Positions 61,165 through 64,000 of a stretch of DNA of 64,000 nucleotides are shown here, piece by piece. Within the stretch, counting starts at the first letter, position 1. The number at the start of each line of letters is the position of its first letter. Under the pieces are notes generated by a model that worked only from the letters and a program-made list of their open reading frames with translations, was not told the origin of the DNA and made no database searches. The stretch is from a virus (taxonomy: Duplodnaviria > Heunggongvirae > Uroviricota > Caudoviricetes), in IMG/VR virus record IMGVR_UViG_3300028549_003773; one strand, given 5' to 3'. Both the position numbers and the translations under genes were made by a program.

Positions 61165-62148
61165 ATGTTAATAGGTAATGATAATATAAAAAAACAACTT
61201 TCTGTTGCATTAACTTCTGCAAAAAAAAGAAATATGGCTCCACCGCATATGTTAATGTCTGGCCATCCTGGATGTGGAAAAACATCTACAGCAAAAGATG
61301 TTGCTGCACAGTTAGGTACTGATTTTATATCACTAATCCCTGAAACTTTAAAAGATCAAAGGTCTATTATAAATTTAATAGATGCTTTGAATTTTTCCGG
61401 CTACGATGAACAAGGAAACAGAGTAGATACGATAAGACCAACTGTGGTTTTTATCGATGAATGTCATAATATACCCATGTTTGGTCAAGAAAAACTGGGT
61501 ATAATAATGGAAAACTTTACAATGGACACCGGTAAAGTAGGGAAAGTCTTTTGGATACCTTACTTTACTGTAATAGGTGCGTCTACTTTAACTGGTAGTA
61601 TGTCTAAGCCATTTCTTGACAGATTTAAACTCAATTTTTTCTTTGAGACATACACTTTAGAAGACTCTATAAAAATTGTGGAGTACCATGCCAAACGTTT
61701 AAAAATTAATATAACAAAACCAGCATGTTTGGATATAGCTAGTAGAGGTAGAGGTGTACCAAGAATAATGGTACGTTATCTGGAACGCTGCAGAGACATG
61801 ATGATTTCAATTGGTTCTGTATGTTTAACAAGTTTTTTGACTAACTTAACTTTCGAAAATTTAGAAATAGACAAAAAAGGATTTAATAAGATTGAACTAA
61901 AAGTATTGAAAGCTTTGTATGACCATGACAAACCAGTATCTCTTGAAAACTTAGTAATGATAACAGGCGAATCAAAACAATCGTTGCAAAATGATATTGA
62001 ATCTTTTCTAGTGAAAAATAATCTTATTATTAGATCTGGAAAGGGTAGAGTAATAACACCGCAAGGCAGGTTATATTTGGAAGAAGAGGGTTATGCGGGC
62101 AATGGTCAGGGAAGAAAAACGATTTCGATGGATTACACAAGAGCTTAG
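61165..62148 (+). CDS. RuvB-like AAA+ ATPase (Holliday-junction branch-migration motor-like)
   Basis: Walker A MSGHPGCGKTSTA; Walker B VVFIDECHNI; C-terminal winged-helix-like LKVLKALYDHDKPVSLENLVMITGE...GRVITPQG resembles the RuvB domain III layout. Confidence 0.65.
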   Translation: MLIGNDNIKKQLSVALTSAKKRNMAPPHMLMSGHPGCGKTSTAKDVAAQLGTDFISLIPETLKDQRSIINLIDALNFSGYDEQGNRVDTIRPTVVFIDECHNIPMFGQEKLGIIMENFTMDTGKVGKVFWIPYFTVIGASTLTGSMSKPFLDRFKLNFFFETYTLEDSIKIVEYHAKRLKINITKPACLDIASRGRGVPRIMVRYLERCRDMMISIGSVCLTSFLTNLTFENLEIDKKGFNKIELKVLKALYDHDKPVSLENLVMITGESKQSLQNDIESFLVKNNLIIRSGKGRVITPQGRLYLEEEGYAGNGQGRKTISMDYTRA

Positions 62149-62673
62149 TGTAGTAGTTTTTAGTATGTAACTTTCCTTCAGTTACACTTGAGCGGTTTGG
62201 AGTTGGTTGGGTTGGGGCGTTCTGAGCCTTAACAAATAACCTATGTTGTATCCTCTGAAGAGTACTATGTAATAATCTTAGTAGAGTTAATTCTTATTAA
62301 CGATGAAAAGTATTGCAAAAAGTACACAAGTATCATTATAGACAAGGTATAGTAATAGAATCTTAAATCCTAGCAGTGGTTAGGTGGGTATTTGGATTTT
62401 CAACCCCCCAAAGGAATGAAATATCCCTCGGCTGCATAAGCTGTGAGAGTCTCACAGATGCTTTTACAGGTCGGACTTGAATATCGTCTTCTTTGTGACG
62501 TTTCTTCTATTGTTAAGAATGAAATGCAAAAGATTCTAGAGAAATGTTCGAATCGTTTCTACTTGTTGGAAAAGTACCTAACAGAATACCCTGCGGGCAG
62601 GGGGAAATTTGCCCGCACTCCATTTTCATAAAATTCAATTATTATTAAAACTAACAACGAGAGGAAAAAAATT

Positions 62674-63153
62674 ATGAACGTACCAGTAGCGCAACAACAA
62701 CAAGAAGAAGAGAACCTGCGAAATTTTAACGATGACATTAAGTACATTTACTTTGGAAGAGCTGAAAAAAATAATAATCACAAGGGTGTAGTTTGTATCG
62801 GCTACAAAGTAGATAAAACAGGCACAGTACTGCGCATGGGTGTAGCATTTTGCAGCCCCGAAGACGTGTTCGCCAAAGAAGAAAGCAGGCGACGTGTGCT
62901 GAAACGTATTGCAAACAATGCTTATGAAGAGTTGGTAAAAGATCCATCCGAAATTTCCGAAGACAACCCGTTGTTTTCCAATATGCGTTACGAAGATGTT
63001 GTAAAGCTTATCGCAATTTCGTTTAATTCCTCTATTCCGGCAGAGTGGAACACCTCCTATAAGTCATACCTGAACAATTCCAAAGAAGTTTATCCTACAT
63101 TTGCTCGTATTAAACTACCTTGGTGGGTAGCAACTCTTGCAATTAGTGCTTGA
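62674..63153 (+). CDS. hypothetical protein
   Basis: 159 aa; RBS gagaggaaaaaaatt before the ATG. Confidence 0.5.
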   Translation: MNVPVAQQQQEEENLRNFNDDIKYIYFGRAEKNNNHKGVVCIGYKVDKTGTVLRMGVAFCSPEDVFAKEESRRRVLKRIANNAYEELVKDPSEISEDNPLFSNMRYEDVVKLIAISFNSSIPAEWNTSYKSYLNNSKEVYPTFARIKLPWWVATLAISA

Positions 63154-63210
63154 CAATAAATATGAAGTGTAGTACTATATAGTATACAATATGTGTAGTA
63201 CTACAACCAA

Positions 63211-63293
63211 GCAAGAGTGGTGGAAATGGCAATACACGAAGGTCTTAGAAGCCTTTGCTTAAATGATTGAGGGTTCGATTCCCTCCTCTTGTA
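63211..63293 (+). tRNA. tRNA-like gene (possible type-II tRNA, anticodon read as TAG/Leu but uncertain)
   Basis: canonical T-arm GAGGG-TTCGATT-CCCTC; 7-bp acceptor GCAAGAG/CTCTTGT with discriminator A; 3-bp D-stem GTG/CAC with a GG-containing loop; anticodon stem AAGGT/GCCTT with loop CTTAGAA; 13-nt variable region that does not fold cleanly. Confidence 0.45.
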
Positions 63294-63324
63294 AATAATA
63301 ATATTAAACAAAAAAGAGAATAAA

Positions 63325-63678
63325 ATGCCTACAGCAGAAAATAAATTTGGGAAACTAAGATTATCAGTTCAAGGAACAAATAATGGTTCCGGGTTTGACA
63401 TATTTTATGATTTTGGTAAAGCTCATAATTTTGCAGAGTTTACATCAAAACACGAGTTTTATTTTATCCAGCCATGGATGCAATTTCCTGCAAAAGAATA
63501 TAGTGATACTTGTAAATTAGTATCTATTGAATTAGTAAAAAGATTTAATCAGTATGATGCCTTAGTAAAAGAAAATGAGAGACTACTGGAATATATTGAA
63601 ACTTTAAAAAATAGGATTAATCATTATGAAGATAATTCAAGCCTTGAAGAAAATAAAACAGCTATCAAGAAAAATTGA
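63325..63678 (+). CDS. hypothetical protein
   Basis: 117-aa ORF. Confidence 0.45.
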   Translation: MPTAENKFGKLRLSVQGTNNGSGFDIFYDFGKAHNFAEFTSKHEFYFIQPWMQFPAKEYSDTCKLVSIELVKRFNQYDALVKENERLLEYIETLKNRINHYEDNSSLEENKTAIKKN

Positions 63679-64000
63679 AACAACTAAAGAAAGAATTAGT
63701 ACATGGTGTTCTTATCAAAGTGATGAAGAACCCCTTTATACAGATATTCAAGGAATGAAGCAATCAGTCTTTGATATGCAAGCTGAAATTGCTAAAATTA
63801 GACACGCTATTCATGTGTTAAATGCCACAACTAAAGTAAATTTTAAAGGTAAAGAAACAACTTTAGATGAACTTTTACTGGAAGCCACAGTTACTATTCC
63901 AAGTAAACTTGCGTTATTATCCAGTTTAAGAAGAAAAGAAAAAAATCGTTACATACAAAATCAAGCTGATGTAAAAATTATTCTACAATATGACCCGCTT
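63626..64000 (+). CDS. hypothetical protein (partial, runs off the window end)
   Basis: open frame from the ATG at 63626 to the window edge, overlapping the previous stop. Confidence 0.4.
   Translation, partial: MKIIQALKKIKQLSRKIETTKERISTWCSYQSDEEPLYTDIQGMKQSVFDMQAEIAKIRHAIHVLNATTKVNFKGKETTLDELLLEATVTIPSKLALLSSLRRKEKNRYIQNQADVKIILQYDPL

Noticed and set aside
62443-62747. ORFs 62443-62631 (+) and 62559-62747 (-)
   Set aside because: Both are 62 aa with no RBS, overlap each other in the hairpin-rich noncoding gap, and the minus one overlaps the start of the 62674 gene. Both are treated as spurious.
1-64000. Integrase / attachment site / transposase indicating a prophage boundary or IS element
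   Set aside because: No tyrosine or serine recombinase or DDE transposase motif was recognised in any frame. The tRNA-like gene at 63211 has no adjacent integrase.

Overview
This window reads as a contiguous stretch of a large dsDNA bacteriophage genome, or a phage-derived island. Genes are almost all on the + strand, tightly packed and often start/stop-overlapping. One divergent regulator lies on the - strand, and there is one tRNA-like gene. No structural or packaging genes are recognisable, so the window appears to cover early/middle, replication, transcription and accessory modules.

Two compositional blocks are visible. Block 1-7080 is GC-richer (roughly 40-50% by eye) and punctuated by a recurring intergenic motif TAGTGGTAC followed by a T-run. 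It ends at a convergent hairpin. From 7083 on the sequence is AT-rich (about 30% GC) with dozens of small + strand ORFs.

Recognisable content:
- a DUF488-NADAR fusion (3072-3899), a candidate anti-DarT ADP-ribosylation factor;
- an HTH regulator (7083-7745, -) whose promoter, coding sequence and a second intergenic region carry a family of perfect palindromes (GGGTACATGTACCC, GTTGCTACATGTAGCAAC, GTTGGTACATGTACCAAC);
- a 25-bp x6 tandem direct-repeat array (8957-9116), iteron-like;
- an HNH endonuclease;
- two adjacent PEP-CTERM proteins;
- an RNA-repair module: RtcB ligase, CCA-adding enzyme with HD domain, and two calcineurin-like phosphoesterases;
- an SPFH/band-7 lipoprotein;
- a roughly 21 kb region carrying a multi-enzyme amide-bond/gamma-glutamyl chemistry set. 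This comprises four glutamine-synthetase-fold carboxylate-amine ligases ('amidoligases'), two class-I GATase/gamma-glutamyl-hydrolase-like peptidases, a gamma-glutamyl cyclotransferase, a class-II (Ntn, Cys2) glutamine amidotransferase, an ATP-grasp ligase and a GNAT;
- interleaved with these, a divergent multisubunit-type RNA polymerase beta-prime-like protein carrying the DFDGD catalytic motif (1087 aa), an SF2 helicase, an SSB-like OB-fold protein and a RuvB-like AAA+ ATPase.

The amidoligase/ATP-grasp/GNAT/GATase/GGCT assemblage is the most exciting candidate system. By domain logic it is either a peptide-tag/protein-modification machine or a DNA-base (thymidine) hypermodification pathway, and it is essentially uncharacterised experimentally.

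Start coordinates are approximate: the ORF track uses alternative start codons, and I corrected some to the nearest ATG with a ribosome-binding site.
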